64,000 nucleotides of DNA, taken from contig OZ220733.1 in assembly GCA_965116875.1 (NCBI GenBank), forward strand, positions 5,184,001-5,248,000, written 5' to 3'. This stretch comes from Candidatus Latescibacterota bacterium. Lineage in GTDB: Bacteria; Latescibacterota; UBA2968; GCA-2709665. Made by a program: the position numbers and the translations under genes. The notes under the pieces were generated by a model. The model was not told the origin of the DNA, ran no database searches, and saw nothing but the letters and a program-made list of their open reading frames with translations. Shown here piece after piece: positions 28,162 through 37,958 of the stretch; position 1 is the stretch's first letter, and each line of letters starts with the position of its first letter.

Positions 28162-29661
28162 CTATGGCGCCGTTGTCGTGTTTTCGTTAAACCAGCCTTT
28201 CAGGCTCGGATACAGGCCGCGGTACCGCTGAAACTGCTTCTCGTAATCGGTCGCTCGCTCTTCACTGCGCCGGACGGCTTCGCCCAGGCCCACCGAGCGT
28301 TCGCAGGCCGTTTCGAAGTCGGGAAACATGCCGACGCCCACGCCGGCGATCACCGCGGCGCCCAGCGCCGATGCATCCTGTACCTCCAGCACCCGCGCGT
28401 CGCGTCCGAACACGTCGACCTGGATCTGACGCCAGAGCGCGGACCTCGCGCCGCCCTCGCCGATTCGCAGGTCCTCGATTGGCAGCCCGATGTCCTTGAA
28501 ACACTCCAGCGAGCGCCTCAGATCGAACGCCACGCCCTCCATCAGCGAGCGCACCATGTGCGCTTTCGTATGGCGCAACGTCAGCCCGATCCATCCGCCC
28601 CGGGCGCGCGCATCCGGGTGCGGCGTTGCGGCCCCCTCCAGCCAGGGAAGAAAGAAGAGTCCCTCGCTGCCCGGGGGCGCATCCTCCGCCTCGCGCGTCA
28701 GGGATGCGACGTCTTCTCCCAGCTGGCCGCTCAACCATGCCAGGCTCGCGCCGCACGTATACGAACACCCCAGCCAGAAGAAGGCGCCCGGTACCGAATG
28801 GCACATCGGCCAGAGTCTGTTGTAAGCCGCGGGATCCAGTTTCCCGGCGAAGGCGAGCGCGTGCCCCGCCGTGCCGATGCCCACGTTTACGACGCCGGGC
28901 GCGATAACCCCGCTGCCCACCGCAAGACATGAAACGTCGCCGCCGCCGGCGCAGACGGGGATGTCTGCCGCCAGACCCATCTCACGGGATGCCGAGCCGG
29001 TCAGCGCTCCGATCACCTCGGGGGATTCCGATATGTCGGGAAACAGACCGCGGCGCACCTCCAGGGCCTCAAGAATCTCGCCGCTCCAATCCCTAGCCCG
29101 AACATCCGCGGCCGCGGATACCGACGCGTCCGATACGTCCGTCCCGAACGTTCCCGTCATCCGGAACCGCACCCAGTCCTTCGGAATCAATACGTACCGC
29201 GCGTCCCGATAGACGTCGGTTTCATGGGTCCGCGCCCACAACACTTTGGCCAGCGTGTTGATGGGATTCAGAACGTGCATGGCACGGGTCCGCAGCAGGT
29301 CTCCCGCACGCGCGTTCGCCGCGTCGCATTCGGCCTGCGAGCGCCGGTCGAGCCAGAGAATCGGCGGCCGGAGCGGGTTGCCGGCGCCGTCCACGAATAC
29401 GGCCCCGTTCATGTGCCCGGACAGCGACACGCCACGGATGTCATCCACGGACCGCCCCTGCACCCGCAGTTCGGCCGCGACCGCACGTGTTGTCTTGCAG
29501 ATCGCCGCCCACCAGTCGTCCGCGTCCTGCTCAACCCACCCCGGCCTGGGCGTTTGCATGGCATAACTCGCACTGGCGGTTGCCAATACGTCGCCGCTTT
29601 CATCCAGTGCGATCGCCTTTGTGCTGGACGTCCCCAGATCGATTCCAAGTACCAGTGACAT
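28162..29661 (-). CDS. xylB: Xylulokinase-like FGGY carbohydrate kinase
   Basis: LGIDLGTSSTK, SGHMNG, ILWLDRRS, PKDWVRF, GGARSALW. Substrate not certain. Confidence 0.8.
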   Translation of the reverse strand: MSLVLGIDLGTSSTKAIALDESGDVLATASASYAMQTPRPGWVEQDADDWWAAICKTTRAVAAELRVQGRSVDDIRGVSLSGHMNGAVFVDGAGNPLRPPILWLDRRSQAECDAANARAGDLLRTRAMHVLNPINTLAKVLWARTHETDVYRDARYVLIPKDWVRFRMTGTFGTDVSDASVSAAADVRARDWSGEILEALEVRRGLFPDISESPEVIGALTGSASREMGLAADIPVCAGGGDVSCLAVGSGVIAPGVVNVGIGTAGHALAFAGKLDPAAYNRLWPMCHSVPGAFFWLGCSYTCGASLAWLSGQLGEDVASLTREAEDAPPGSEGLFFLPWLEGAATPHPDARARGGWIGLTLRHTKAHMVRSLMEGVAFDLRRSLECFKDIGLPIEDLRIGEGGARSALWRQIQVDVFGRDARVLEVQDASALGAAVIAGVGVGMFPDFETACERSVGLGEAVRRSEERATDYEKQFQRYRGLYPSLKGWFNENTTTAP

Positions 29662-29688
29662 AGGCCGGATCGCTCATGAATGGCGATG

Positions 29689-30612
29689 CTATTCCCCGGT
29701 GAGAAAACGTCGCGGGTTGTTCTCCAGCAGGTCCCGGACCGCGTTATCGGATACCCCTTCTTCACGCAGCCTGGGAACGAACCGGGTCAGCACGTAGTCC
29801 AGTCCGGGACCGCCTCCGTAGCTTCGCCAGTAACTGGGCCGGCCCAGATCGTTGCCGAGCAGAATCCGGTCGCCCAGCCCGGTGTCGATCATCCGCTTCA
29901 ACACGGCGATACGCATCTCGTCGGGTCCGTACTTCACTTTGCCCGGGCAGTCGTAACCCAGATAGGCGCCTGTTTCCGCAATTCGCCGGTGCTCCCAGAA
30001 ATCCGGATTCCTGTCCATGTGGCTGAGACATACGCGGTCCGGCGGTACACCCTGGCCGGCGAGGAACGAAACCTGGTCGTAGCCCATCGTGCCGGCTTCC
30101 GTATGCGTAATCACGGGCACGCCTGTTTCCGCGTGCGCCTTTGCCGCGATGCGCAGGAGCTTCCGGTCGGCCTCCTGAAACGTATTGTATCCGCTGCCTC
30201 CCTTGACGATACCGGCCTTCACGCCGGTGCCGTCGATGCCCGTCTCGATATCCCGGATACAATTCCGGATCATCGTGTCTTCGTCCTGATCCAGGATCGC
30301 GCGGTCACAGAAGTACGGCTTGTTATATCCCGTAATGACAACCACGTGCACGTCGGGCGCCAGGTCCGCAATCCTGACCACCTGCCTGACGTTCCGGCCG
30401 AAGTCGATCGCCGACATCTCGACCAATGTCCCGCCACCCGCTCGTGACCAGGAACGAAGCTCCTCGGCGGAGCGCTCCACGCTGTTCAGCCGAAAATCCC
30501 CGTCTTCTCTGAGCAGCCAGTCCGGGGCGTCGAAATAGAGGTGTTCGTGGTAGTCCACGATGCCAAGGTTGTCTCCGTCGATCTCGCCCCGAACCGTCAT
30601 CACCGTTCCCAT
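29689..30612 (-). CDS. Phosphotriesterase-like amidohydrolase/lactonase
   Basis: HEH, IVK, ITHTE, SHMD, GND, NPRRFL. Confidence 0.88.
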   Translation of the reverse strand: MGTVMTVRGEIDGDNLGIVDYHEHLYFDAPDWLLREDGDFRLNSVERSAEELRSWSRAGGGTLVEMSAIDFGRNVRQVVRIADLAPDVHVVVITGYNKPYFCDRAILDQDEDTMIRNCIRDIETGIDGTGVKAGIVKGGSGYNTFQEADRKLLRIAAKAHAETGVPVITHTEAGTMGYDQVSFLAGQGVPPDRVCLSHMDRNPDFWEHRRIAETGAYLGYDCPGKVKYGPDEMRIAVLKRMIDTGLGDRILLGNDLGRPSYWRSYGGGPGLDYVLTRFVPRLREEGVSDNAVRDLLENNPRRFLTGE

Positions 30613-30621
30613 CCCGCCCTC

Positions 30622-31371
30622 CTACCCGGCATCCGGTACGGACAGGAAATCCGTCCATACCCGCGCCATCCGTGCCACGCAATCATGAAACCAGCGCCTG
30701 CCCTTTTCCGCGGAAGCGACCGTGGCATCCCCGAACACGCCCGACCGGGACAGACTGCCCAGGGGCAGCGTGGACATTTCGTACTCCACGGACCGCCGCG
30801 GATATTCCCGCACGGCCAGGTCCATCCTGACCCGTTCCGGCTTAAGGTAGAGCATCAGGGAGGTCTCGAATTCCTCGGCGTGAAAATTCATCGGCGCCCA
30901 TTGCGGCGATTCTGCATCGGCCATCACTTCATCCAGGCCAGGATAGAACACATTCAGGACCTTCAGGTCCAGTTCGTCGACAAGCTCCCTGGCGGTCATC
31001 TTCAGCGGACCCGGGTTCGCGCCGTGCCCCGAAAGCGTCATCAGCGCGCGACAGCCGCCTCGTTGCGCGCTGCGGGCCAGGTCTTTCACGACCTCGCGAA
31101 ACGTGTCGAACGAGAACGTGAGCGTGCCGGGATAGTCGCGCCAGCTCCAGGAGTACCCCACCGGGACCGCCGGCAGCACCAGGCCGGAACTCGCTTTCGC
31201 AACCTCGACGGCCAGTGCCTCCGCGAGTACCGTATCCGTGTTCTGCGGCAGATGGTGGCCGTGCTGTTCGGTTGCGCCCAGCGGCAGGATTGCAGCCGGG
31301 GTGTCCGCCAGGAAATCCCTGCACTCATTCCAGGTTGCCGTTGCCGCCTCCAGCCAGTTGGACTTGCTCAA
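30622..31371 (-). CDS. Creatininase family amidohydrolase
   Basis: GATEQHGHHLP..TD, GHGAN, HAEEFETS. TTG at 31371 follows GGAGGG; the ORF-track extension crosses repeats. Confidence 0.88.
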   Translation of the reverse strand: MSKSNWLEAATATWNECRDFLADTPAAILPLGATEQHGHHLPQNTDTVLAEALAVEVAKASSGLVLPAVPVGYSWSWRDYPGTLTFSFDTFREVVKDLARSAQRGGCRALMTLSGHGANPGPLKMTARELVDELDLKVLNVFYPGLDEVMADAESPQWAPMNFHAEEFETSLMLYLKPERVRMDLAVREYPRRSVEYEMSTLPLGSLSRSGVFGDATVASAEKGRRWFHDCVARMARVWTDFLSVPDAG

Positions 31372-31410
31372 ACTGTATCCCTCCACGATATACACAACGT
31401 ACGGGTCCCG

Positions 31411-31592
31411 ACCTACCCCCTGGCCCCCTTCCTGAAGGAAGGGGGAGCCCGGCTCCTCGATTTCTTGTCTTCGAGAAAAAGGGGAGAGGTCTGGGCGGCT
31501 GGATGGAGTTGGCTTTTGACTTTGCCTTTCGCTCTTGGCTGACGGCTGAGAGCTGACAGCTGAAAGCTTTGTGAGGGGCCGGGGGGAGAGGT
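31411..31592. repeat. Intergenic mini-repeat cluster (hairpin plus heptamer tandem)
   Basis: CCCCCTTCC-TGAA-GGAAGGGGG at 31424-31445; GCTGAnn x4 at 31538-31565; GGGGAGAGGT x2. Confidence 0.7.
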
Positions 31593-31597
31593 CCGTC

Positions 31598-32377
31598 TCA
31601 CGCTTTATACAGGCTCTCCGTTGGAACATCCGTAATCAGCGCGTGGCCGGGCGTATAGGAAAGCGCGAACGGTAGCCGGGCCTGCTGCGCCGCGAGGCTG
31701 GGCGTCACGCCGCAGGCCCAGTAGAGGCGGTCGGTGCCCTCCGGGACCTTGATCGGATTGCCCGAAATCGTCACGTCGAGGTCCGGAATTCCCAGATCCC
31801 GGCCGTTGTTCCTGCCAAGTGGCGCCCCATGGCACGCCGGGAAGTGGCTTGTGTATTCCCAAACGGGGTCGCAGCGGTCCGGGAGAAAGCTCCGCATGGT
31901 CACCGCCATTCTGGTCGCGAACCTTCCTGCCGGTTCGCAGTCCAGTCCGGTCAGCTGGATACACGGTCCGAATGCGGGTTCGTACCCCTTTTCGACCAGG
32001 AGCCCGTCAAAAGACACGCTGGAACCGATCAGAAACGTGACCATATCACCTGAAAAAAGAGAAACCACGTCCCGCCGCTGCTCGACCACCGCGCCGTCCC
32101 GGATCACGTCGTACGAACCCAGGTCGGTACGAATGTCGAGACTGCGCGCGAATTCGGGACATTCCGGCCGGCCGGCCGGCATCACCGCCAGAAGCGGACA
32201 CGGCTTCGGGTTCGCCCTGCAGAACTTCTCAAATTCCCCGGCGTACGCCTCGTCCATCATCACCACATTCACGCACAGGTACCCGGCAAGCGCACGCGAT
32301 GCCACGGTCTTCAACCCATTCCGCCGGCACGCCAGCCGCACCTCCAGCGGAGATCGATACGTCTCGGGTTCAGCCAA
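31598..32377 (-). CDS. D-glutamate cyclase-like protein (DUF1445)
   Basis: FCRANPKPCPLL, DIRTD, MAVTMR, HGAP, WACGVTP, PGHALITD. TTG at 32377 follows AGGAGGAG. Confidence 0.85.
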   Translation of the reverse strand: MAEPETYRSPLEVRLACRRNGLKTVASRALAGYLCVNVVMMDEAYAGEFEKFCRANPKPCPLLAVMPAGRPECPEFARSLDIRTDLGSYDVIRDGAVVEQRRDVVSLFSGDMVTFLIGSSVSFDGLLVEKGYEPAFGPCIQLTGLDCEPAGRFATRMAVTMRSFLPDRCDPVWEYTSHFPACHGAPLGRNNGRDLGIPDLDVTISGNPIKVPEGTDRLYWACGVTPSLAAQQARLPFALSYTPGHALITDVPTESLYKA

Positions 32378-32459
32378 CGCACTCCTCCTGACAGCCCATT
32401 GAAGAAGCCCATCCGGACTTCGGCCGGCTCCCCTGCAGAGCGACGTTTCCAACGGAATG

Positions 32460-33743
32460 CTACAAAAGCTGCTGATGTTGAAGCACGACCTTCCGAAACG
32501 CCGCCGCGAACTGATCGATGAATCCGTCCGCTGCCTGGATATGCCCGGGATAGGACAACACCCGTCCGCGGATCGCTTCCGAAACCGGGAAATCTCCCTC
32601 ACGATAGCGGGGAAGCGGCACATTCGCAGGTCCGTCGTGGCCCGCCCCCCAGAGCCCCGGAAGGTCTTTGGTATAAATCGCGCGAAGATGTTCCATGTGG
32701 CCCACGCCCGGACCGTTCAGGGGCGCGCCCTCGGCCCGCATGGCCGCCACAAACCGGGGTGCGGGCAATCCGCCGAGCGCTTCCGGATCGTAGATGAACT
32801 TGATCCCGCCGTAAAGTTCCACTCCCCTGGCTTTCCTGTAGTTACAGACCGGCCGGATTCCCGGCAACCCCTCGATTTTTCGAAACAGGGCCTCCCGGTT
32901 GGCTTCAAACCGGTCCATCCGTTCTGGAAGGTGCTCAAGGGAGACCAGGCCGATTGCCATGGCCAGCGGATGCGGCCGCCATTTCCATCCCAGGAGCTGC
33001 GGTTCCAGTTCACGGTAGACCGGGTTGGTGAGCTCCTTCACGGCGCCCGGCCGGTGCAGGTGGCAGTAAATCAACGCGCGCTCGTACAACTCGCGGTCGT
33101 TCGTCGCCACGATGCCGGCCTCTCCGCCCGCCACCGGCTTGCCCCCCGGCATCGATCCCTGCATACTGAAGCACGCGATATGCCCCAGGTTGCCGATTTT
33201 CACGCCGTCCCACTCGCTGCCGTGCGCGTGAGCCGCGTCCTCCACAACCACCAGTCCGCGGGAGTTCGCAAGGGCCAGCAGCCGGTCCATATCGCACACC
33301 CGGCCGCACGAGTGGATCGGCGAAATCACGCGGGTCCTGTCCGTGATCCGCCGAGCCGCGTCGTCCGGGTCCATGAGCAGCGTCTCCGGATCGATTTCGC
33401 AGAACACCGGTGTGGCGCCCATATGCAGCGCGCCAGCGTAGCTGCCTATATAACCAACCGAAGGCGTGATGAATTCATCGCCCGCGCCCAGGCCTGCCGC
33501 GAAGAATCCGCTGGCGAGGGCCGTATGCCCATGGCTGGTTGTGAGTACGTATTTGCAGCCCACGTACTCCGCGAACCGTTCTTCGAACTCTTTCGGAACG
33601 CCCGATCCCGAACCGGAGAGATAACCCTCGTCGATCAGGGCGCAGACCGCGGCTTTCTCCGCTTCCACGGGTCGACGCCACTGCTCCCCGCTATCGGCCG
33701 CAATGGCCTTTTCGCCTCCCAGTATCGCGAGTTCCCCGGCCAT
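32460..33743 (-). CDS. DegT/DnrJ/EryC1/StrS family aminotransferase (second)
   Basis: ELAILGG, EDAAHAHG, FSMQGSMPGGKPVAGGEAG. Confidence 0.88.
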   Translation of the reverse strand: MAGELAILGGEKAIAADSGEQWRRPVEAEKAAVCALIDEGYLSGSGSGVPKEFEERFAEYVGCKYVLTTSHGHTALASGFFAAGLGAGDEFITPSVGYIGSYAGALHMGATPVFCEIDPETLLMDPDDAARRITDRTRVISPIHSCGRVCDMDRLLALANSRGLVVVEDAAHAHGSEWDGVKIGNLGHIACFSMQGSMPGGKPVAGGEAGIVATNDRELYERALIYCHLHRPGAVKELTNPVYRELEPQLLGWKWRPHPLAMAIGLVSLEHLPERMDRFEANREALFRKIEGLPGIRPVCNYRKARGVELYGGIKFIYDPEALGGLPAPRFVAAMRAEGAPLNGPGVGHMEHLRAIYTKDLPGLWGAGHDGPANVPLPRYREGDFPVSEAIRGRVLSYPGHIQAADGFIDQFAAAFRKVVLQHQQLL

Positions 33744-33848
33744 CTTCGATCTCCTTGACTCAGATTACGAACCCCGCTCTGAAGTTCGTTTCAGGCGGGG
33801 CACAGGGGGTACCGGCGCGCTCGGGCGAGGATTCCGGGCCGCAATTCG

Positions 33849-34703
33849 CTACGGCGCGACGGCTTCCTCCCCGGCGTGCTCACGGATCCAGCCCTTGAGC
33901 GGCACGTCCGCGTCGGATGGCGACGTATAACCCATCCCCCCCGTGCTTTCGCCGAGCAACTGACGCTGAACCGGATCACATCGCTCCAGGCAGTGTGCCA
34001 CCGTCATATTGTCCCTCGGCCTCAGCCACCGGTAGCTGTAGCCGTAAAACAGCACTTTCCGCGTGACGTCCGAGTGGTTCCTCCCGGCCGCGTGCCAGAG
34101 CCGGCGATCGAAAAACACCGCCGAGCCCGCCGGGGCCAGCACGGGCGTCGCACCGGGATGGTCGGACACCCCGTCGTCCGGAAAGTCCAGCCGATTCTGG
34201 AGGTGGCTGCCGGGGACAATGTGGAAGTTCCCCCGATCCGGCAGGGTGGTGTCCGTCAGAAAGTAGCCGACCTTCAGCGAGACACGCGGCCGGGGCGTGG
34301 CGTCCAGTTCGATATTCAGGCGACCGCTGTCCTGGTGCCAGCCCAGGCGTCCAATATATGAGCGTTTCTCCTGCGGCTCCGGCGGGGTGACGATCAGATG
34401 GGAGTGATAAAGCTGGATATTCCAGCCCAGAATACCCCATACCTTGGGGAAAGTGACCGACCAGTCCAGCAGGGCCAGAAACTCATCATCGAGCCCCACG
34501 AAGTCCGTCAGGTTCATGCGTTCGCCAGGCCCCAGTCCGTTCTCGGCAAGATAGGTCTCGTACACCCCGTCGACCACGCGGTTCAACGCGGAGACGCGAT
34601 CGGGCGGAATTGCATCTTCGATCATGAGAAATCCGTCCCGTTCGAACTTCGCCTCTTCCTCGCTGGTGAGACAGTTATCCAGACACTCGGTATCCATCGT
34701 CAT
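33849..34703 (-). CDS. PhyH family dioxygenase (second)
   Basis: FERDGFL, WHQD, VPGSH, FDRRLWHA; ATG at 34703 follows GGAGG. Confidence 0.9.
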   Translation of the reverse strand: MTMDTECLDNCLTSEEEAKFERDGFLMIEDAIPPDRVSALNRVVDGVYETYLAENGLGPGERMNLTDFVGLDDEFLALLDWSVTFPKVWGILGWNIQLYHSHLIVTPPEPQEKRSYIGRLGWHQDSGRLNIELDATPRPRVSLKVGYFLTDTTLPDRGNFHIVPGSHLQNRLDFPDDGVSDHPGATPVLAPAGSAVFFDRRLWHAAGRNHSDVTRKVLFYGYSYRWLRPRDNMTVAHCLERCDPVQRQLLGESTGGMGYTSPSDADVPLKGWIREHAGEEAVAP

Positions 34704-34771
34704 TCCTCCCGGGCGCCGCGTCAACCACCCGTTTCCCGCCGGGCGGATGAATTCGAGGCTGCCCCAAACCG

Positions 34772-36037
34772 TTACAGCGTGGACCCCAACCCCGCGGTTT
34801 CGGGGTTGTCTATTCGATGCAGCCCGTTCACGGGCTCGAAAATTCCCGCCAGGCGCGGCAGCCATTCGGCGTTGGCGTCCGGCGTATACTGGGGGGAGTT
34901 GATTTCCACACCGTTGACCATGGGCACGTGCGCCGCGAACAACGCGGCGTGAATCGCCGCAAATCCGGGATTCGTCAGATCCTGAAGCGCGAGCCGCATC
35001 CCGTTCTCGCGCGCCCACGCAGCTGCCAGCAGTGCGAAGCTGTGACCCTTGCAGGTCTTCAGGGCCAGGCCGCCCCAACCCTGTCTCTTCGCTTCCGGCA
35101 GTAATTCGAGGCTTGTGAGGCCCTCGTCCAGAAACACCGGCCTGAGCCTGGCAACCGCCCGCCAGTCCTGTGGATGCAGCAGAATATCCCGGCCCGTGGG
35201 CTGTTCCAGGTACCTCAGCGACCGGAAAGCCTCGCTGTCCCGGGCCCTGAGCCGTTCCAGATAGTCAAGTACGCTTTCCGCATCCGGATTGGCTTCATTG
35301 CTGTCCGCCGTCAACGCCGGGTCGTCAACGCCGAGTCCGCGAAGGGCGCGGTACACTTCGACGGTCCTGGCCGCGTCGGCGACGTTGTCCTTCCCCAGAA
35401 TCTTCAGTTTGAAGCCGCGATACCCGTGTTCCCGTATGACGTGAGCAAGGTCCGAGCCCAGATCGTCGTCGCTTCCGACAACCCACCACGCCCGCAGGCG
35501 GGATCGGGGCGTATGAAACAGACGCTGAATCGCCGCGCACGCGCCGCCGCCCGGAAAGAGACCATCCACGTCGGGAAACGGCGTGGTCCCGGCGTAGAAG
35601 CCGAACGCGGAACGTCCGGTCGCGATGCCCACCGCGTCGTGGATTGCGGCGTCGAACGGGCTGGCGCACATCGCGGCCGCAAGGACCGGAGGCGATGTTT
35701 CACCGGCAACCGACTCGTGCAGCCGCATTCCCAGGGCCAGCGGATGCGCGGGCTCCCCGCCGCAATGCGCGTACAGACGGCTCGCGAGTCTACTGCAGAA
35801 TCCACGCAGGGCGGCGTCTCGAAAGTCGTGCGTCAGCGCGGGATCCGGCCATGCCCAGACGTCGCTGAGATAGATCGAACCCCTGCCCCCGGCTTCGCGC
35901 CCGGCCACGCGGACCGTGACCGTCGCCCGGGCTTCCGTGAGCTCGGTAATCCGCCCTGAACTCAGGTGGAGGGGCGTTTTCAGCTTCCTGGGGATGAACG
36001 CGACGTCCGCGTCCAGAACCTCAGTGTTCAGGTCCAT
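34772..36037 (-). CDS. Enolase-superfamily (mandelate racemase-like) protein
   Basis: SPFDAAIHDA, GFKLK, ADSNE, YLEQP, LDEG, ALKTCKG. Confidence 0.8.
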   Translation of the reverse strand: MDLNTEVLDADVAFIPRKLKTPLHLSSGRITELTEARATVTVRVAGREAGGRGSIYLSDVWAWPDPALTHDFRDAALRGFCSRLASRLYAHCGGEPAHPLALGMRLHESVAGETSPPVLAAAMCASPFDAAIHDAVGIATGRSAFGFYAGTTPFPDVDGLFPGGGACAAIQRLFHTPRSRLRAWWVVGSDDDLGSDLAHVIREHGYRGFKLKILGKDNVADAARTVEVYRALRGLGVDDPALTADSNEANPDAESVLDYLERLRARDSEAFRSLRYLEQPTGRDILLHPQDWRAVARLRPVFLDEGLTSLELLPEAKRQGWGGLALKTCKGHSFALLAAAWARENGMRLALQDLTNPGFAAIHAALFAAHVPMVNGVEINSPQYTPDANAEWLPRLAGIFEPVNGLHRIDNPETAGLGSTL

Positions 36038-36062
36038 ACTGTCGTTGGGCAGCAGACGGTTT

Positions 36063-37055
36063 TCAATCGAATTCCGAGACGGACACAGACTCGTTCCGTT
36101 CGGCGCTCTGCTTCGCCGCCTCGATGACGGCCATCGTGTGCCGCACCGACCGGCCGCTGGCATCCGGTGTCTTCCCCTCCAGACAGCAGTCGGCGAACTC
36201 GCGAACCTGATTCTGCATCCCGTTGCCCGGCTCGCCGACGTCCACTTCGCGGCCGTTGAGCAACAGGCGCCCATGGGTGAACGACATCGATCCCAGGCTG
36301 CCCATGATGTACTGGTCATGCGACCCGGAGTGGCATACGACGGACTGTGACAACACGCTGACCGCGCCGTTGGCGTGGTTCATGACGGCTGTATAGGAGT
36401 CCTTCTGTCCCCGGTAGCGTTCCGTACTCTCCGTTCCCTGCGCGAAGACCCTGACAACGGGCGAATCCATATACCAGTGCAGGATATCGTACTCGTGCGG
36501 TCCGAAACAGTACAACACGCAGATGCCCCCGGCCTCCAGGTCCATGTACCAGTGGGTATCCTGTCCCGGCGGAGGCGCGGGATTGAAGTTGCCCAGCCGG
36601 CGTCTGAGCAGGTGACCCACCTGGCCGATCACGCCATCGGCGATGAGTTGTTTCACTTTTCGGCTGACCGGGTAATAGCGCATGACCTGCCCGACCATCA
36701 GAACGCGATTCGCTTTTTCGCACGCCGCGATCATCCGGTCGCACTCGTCGAGCGTCAGCGCCATGGGCTTTTCCACCAGGACGTGTTTCCCGGCTTCCGC
36801 GGCGGCCACCACCTGTGCGCCGTGGAGGTTGTGCGGCGTACAAACGTGGACGGCTTCAACGTCAGGATCGTCCAGCATCGCCTCCAGGTTGGTATACGAC
36901 CTGGCGCCGTATTCCGCCGCGGCAGCCTCGGCGGATTCGGCGTGGATATCCATCACCGCCGCCGTTCTTATGTTCCGGACCGCCGCAATCGCTCGCATAT
37001 GAGAATGCGCGATACCGCCGGCGCCCACCATACCCACGGATAATACGTCTCCCAT
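36063..37055 (-). CDS. Gfo/Idh/MocA family oxidoreductase
   Basis: VGAGGIA, CTPHNLH, GKHVLVEKPM. Confidence 0.92.
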   Translation of the reverse strand: MGDVLSVGMVGAGGIAHSHMRAIAAVRNIRTAAVMDIHAESAEAAAAEYGARSYTNLEAMLDDPDVEAVHVCTPHNLHGAQVVAAAEAGKHVLVEKPMALTLDECDRMIAACEKANRVLMVGQVMRYYPVSRKVKQLIADGVIGQVGHLLRRRLGNFNPAPPPGQDTHWYMDLEAGGICVLYCFGPHEYDILHWYMDSPVVRVFAQGTESTERYRGQKDSYTAVMNHANGAVSVLSQSVVCHSGSHDQYIMGSLGSMSFTHGRLLLNGREVDVGEPGNGMQNQVREFADCCLEGKTPDASGRSVRHTMAVIEAAKQSAERNESVSVSEFD

Positions 37056-37100
37056 CTTGTCTCTCCCAAAGCACCGGAACCGGGTTCCGAGTTCAAGCTG

Positions 37101-37958
37101 TTAGAGTACGATCTTCTTCTCGGCCGGTTCCAGGTTGTCGTAATTCCAGAGCTGCCTGCCCGCGACGACCTTCTTCAGGTTTCCCGCGCCGTCCGGGGCT
37201 TCGAGGCCGTACAGTTCCAGCTTGCGATTCAGCCAGGCGACCTCGAGGTCCGTCAGTTCCGCGCGAACGGCGTCCACGCCCAGCGACTTTATGCGCCCGC
37301 CGACGTAGATCGTGCCGTCGTACATCGAATCACCGAGATTCTCGTCTGCGTCTCCCAGAACGATCATCCGCCCCCGCTGCATCATGAATCCGGACAGCAT
37401 TCCCGTTCGTCCGGCCACCAGGATGGTACCGCCCTTCATGTTGATGCCGGTCCGCCCCCCGACGTCTCCCATGCACACCAGGTCCCCGCCTCGCAGCGCA
37501 GCGCCGAACGACGAACCCGCGTTCTTCTCCACAACGACCGTGCCCGCCATCATATTTTCGGCGCACGACCAGCCCACGCGCCCGCTGATCCTCACGTTCG
37601 GCCCGTCGATGAGACCCACGGCGAAATACCCCAGAGACCCGTCGAAATCCAGTTTCAGCCGATTCAGAATCCCGGAACCGAGCGAGTGCTTGGCGTTCGG
37701 GTTGCGCACCACGACGTGGCCGTATCCCGCCTCCATCAGCTTCCGGATCTTCCGATTCACCTCCCGGATCGCCATGGGCGCCGCGTCGAATTCCGTGCGC
37801 CTGTCAAAGTCCACCTTGAGCGACCCCGGGTACACAAGCTCCGTACCCTCTTCGGCGCGAAAGAAAACCCGGTTCGTCCGAATTCCAAGCGGTTCGTCGT
37901 GCAGTCCCATCGCGTAGGAACGGTGCGTCTTTTCGCGGTCCGAATCTAGTTTTGCCAT
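37101..37958 (-). CDS. GXGXG (glutamate synthase domain 3 / MgsB-like) protein, copy 2
   Basis: DGSLGYF, GRVGWSCAENMMAG, GINMKGG, GFMMQRG, GDSMYDG. Confidence 0.85.
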   Translation of the reverse strand: MAKLDSDREKTHRSYAMGLHDEPLGIRTNRVFFRAEEGTELVYPGSLKVDFDRRTEFDAAPMAIREVNRKIRKLMEAGYGHVVVRNPNAKHSLGSGILNRLKLDFDGSLGYFAVGLIDGPNVRISGRVGWSCAENMMAGTVVVEKNAGSSFGAALRGGDLVCMGDVGGRTGINMKGGTILVAGRTGMLSGFMMQRGRMIVLGDADENLGDSMYDGTIYVGGRIKSLGVDAVRAELTDLEVAWLNRKLELYGLEAPDGAGNLKKVVAGRQLWNYDNLEPAEKKIVL

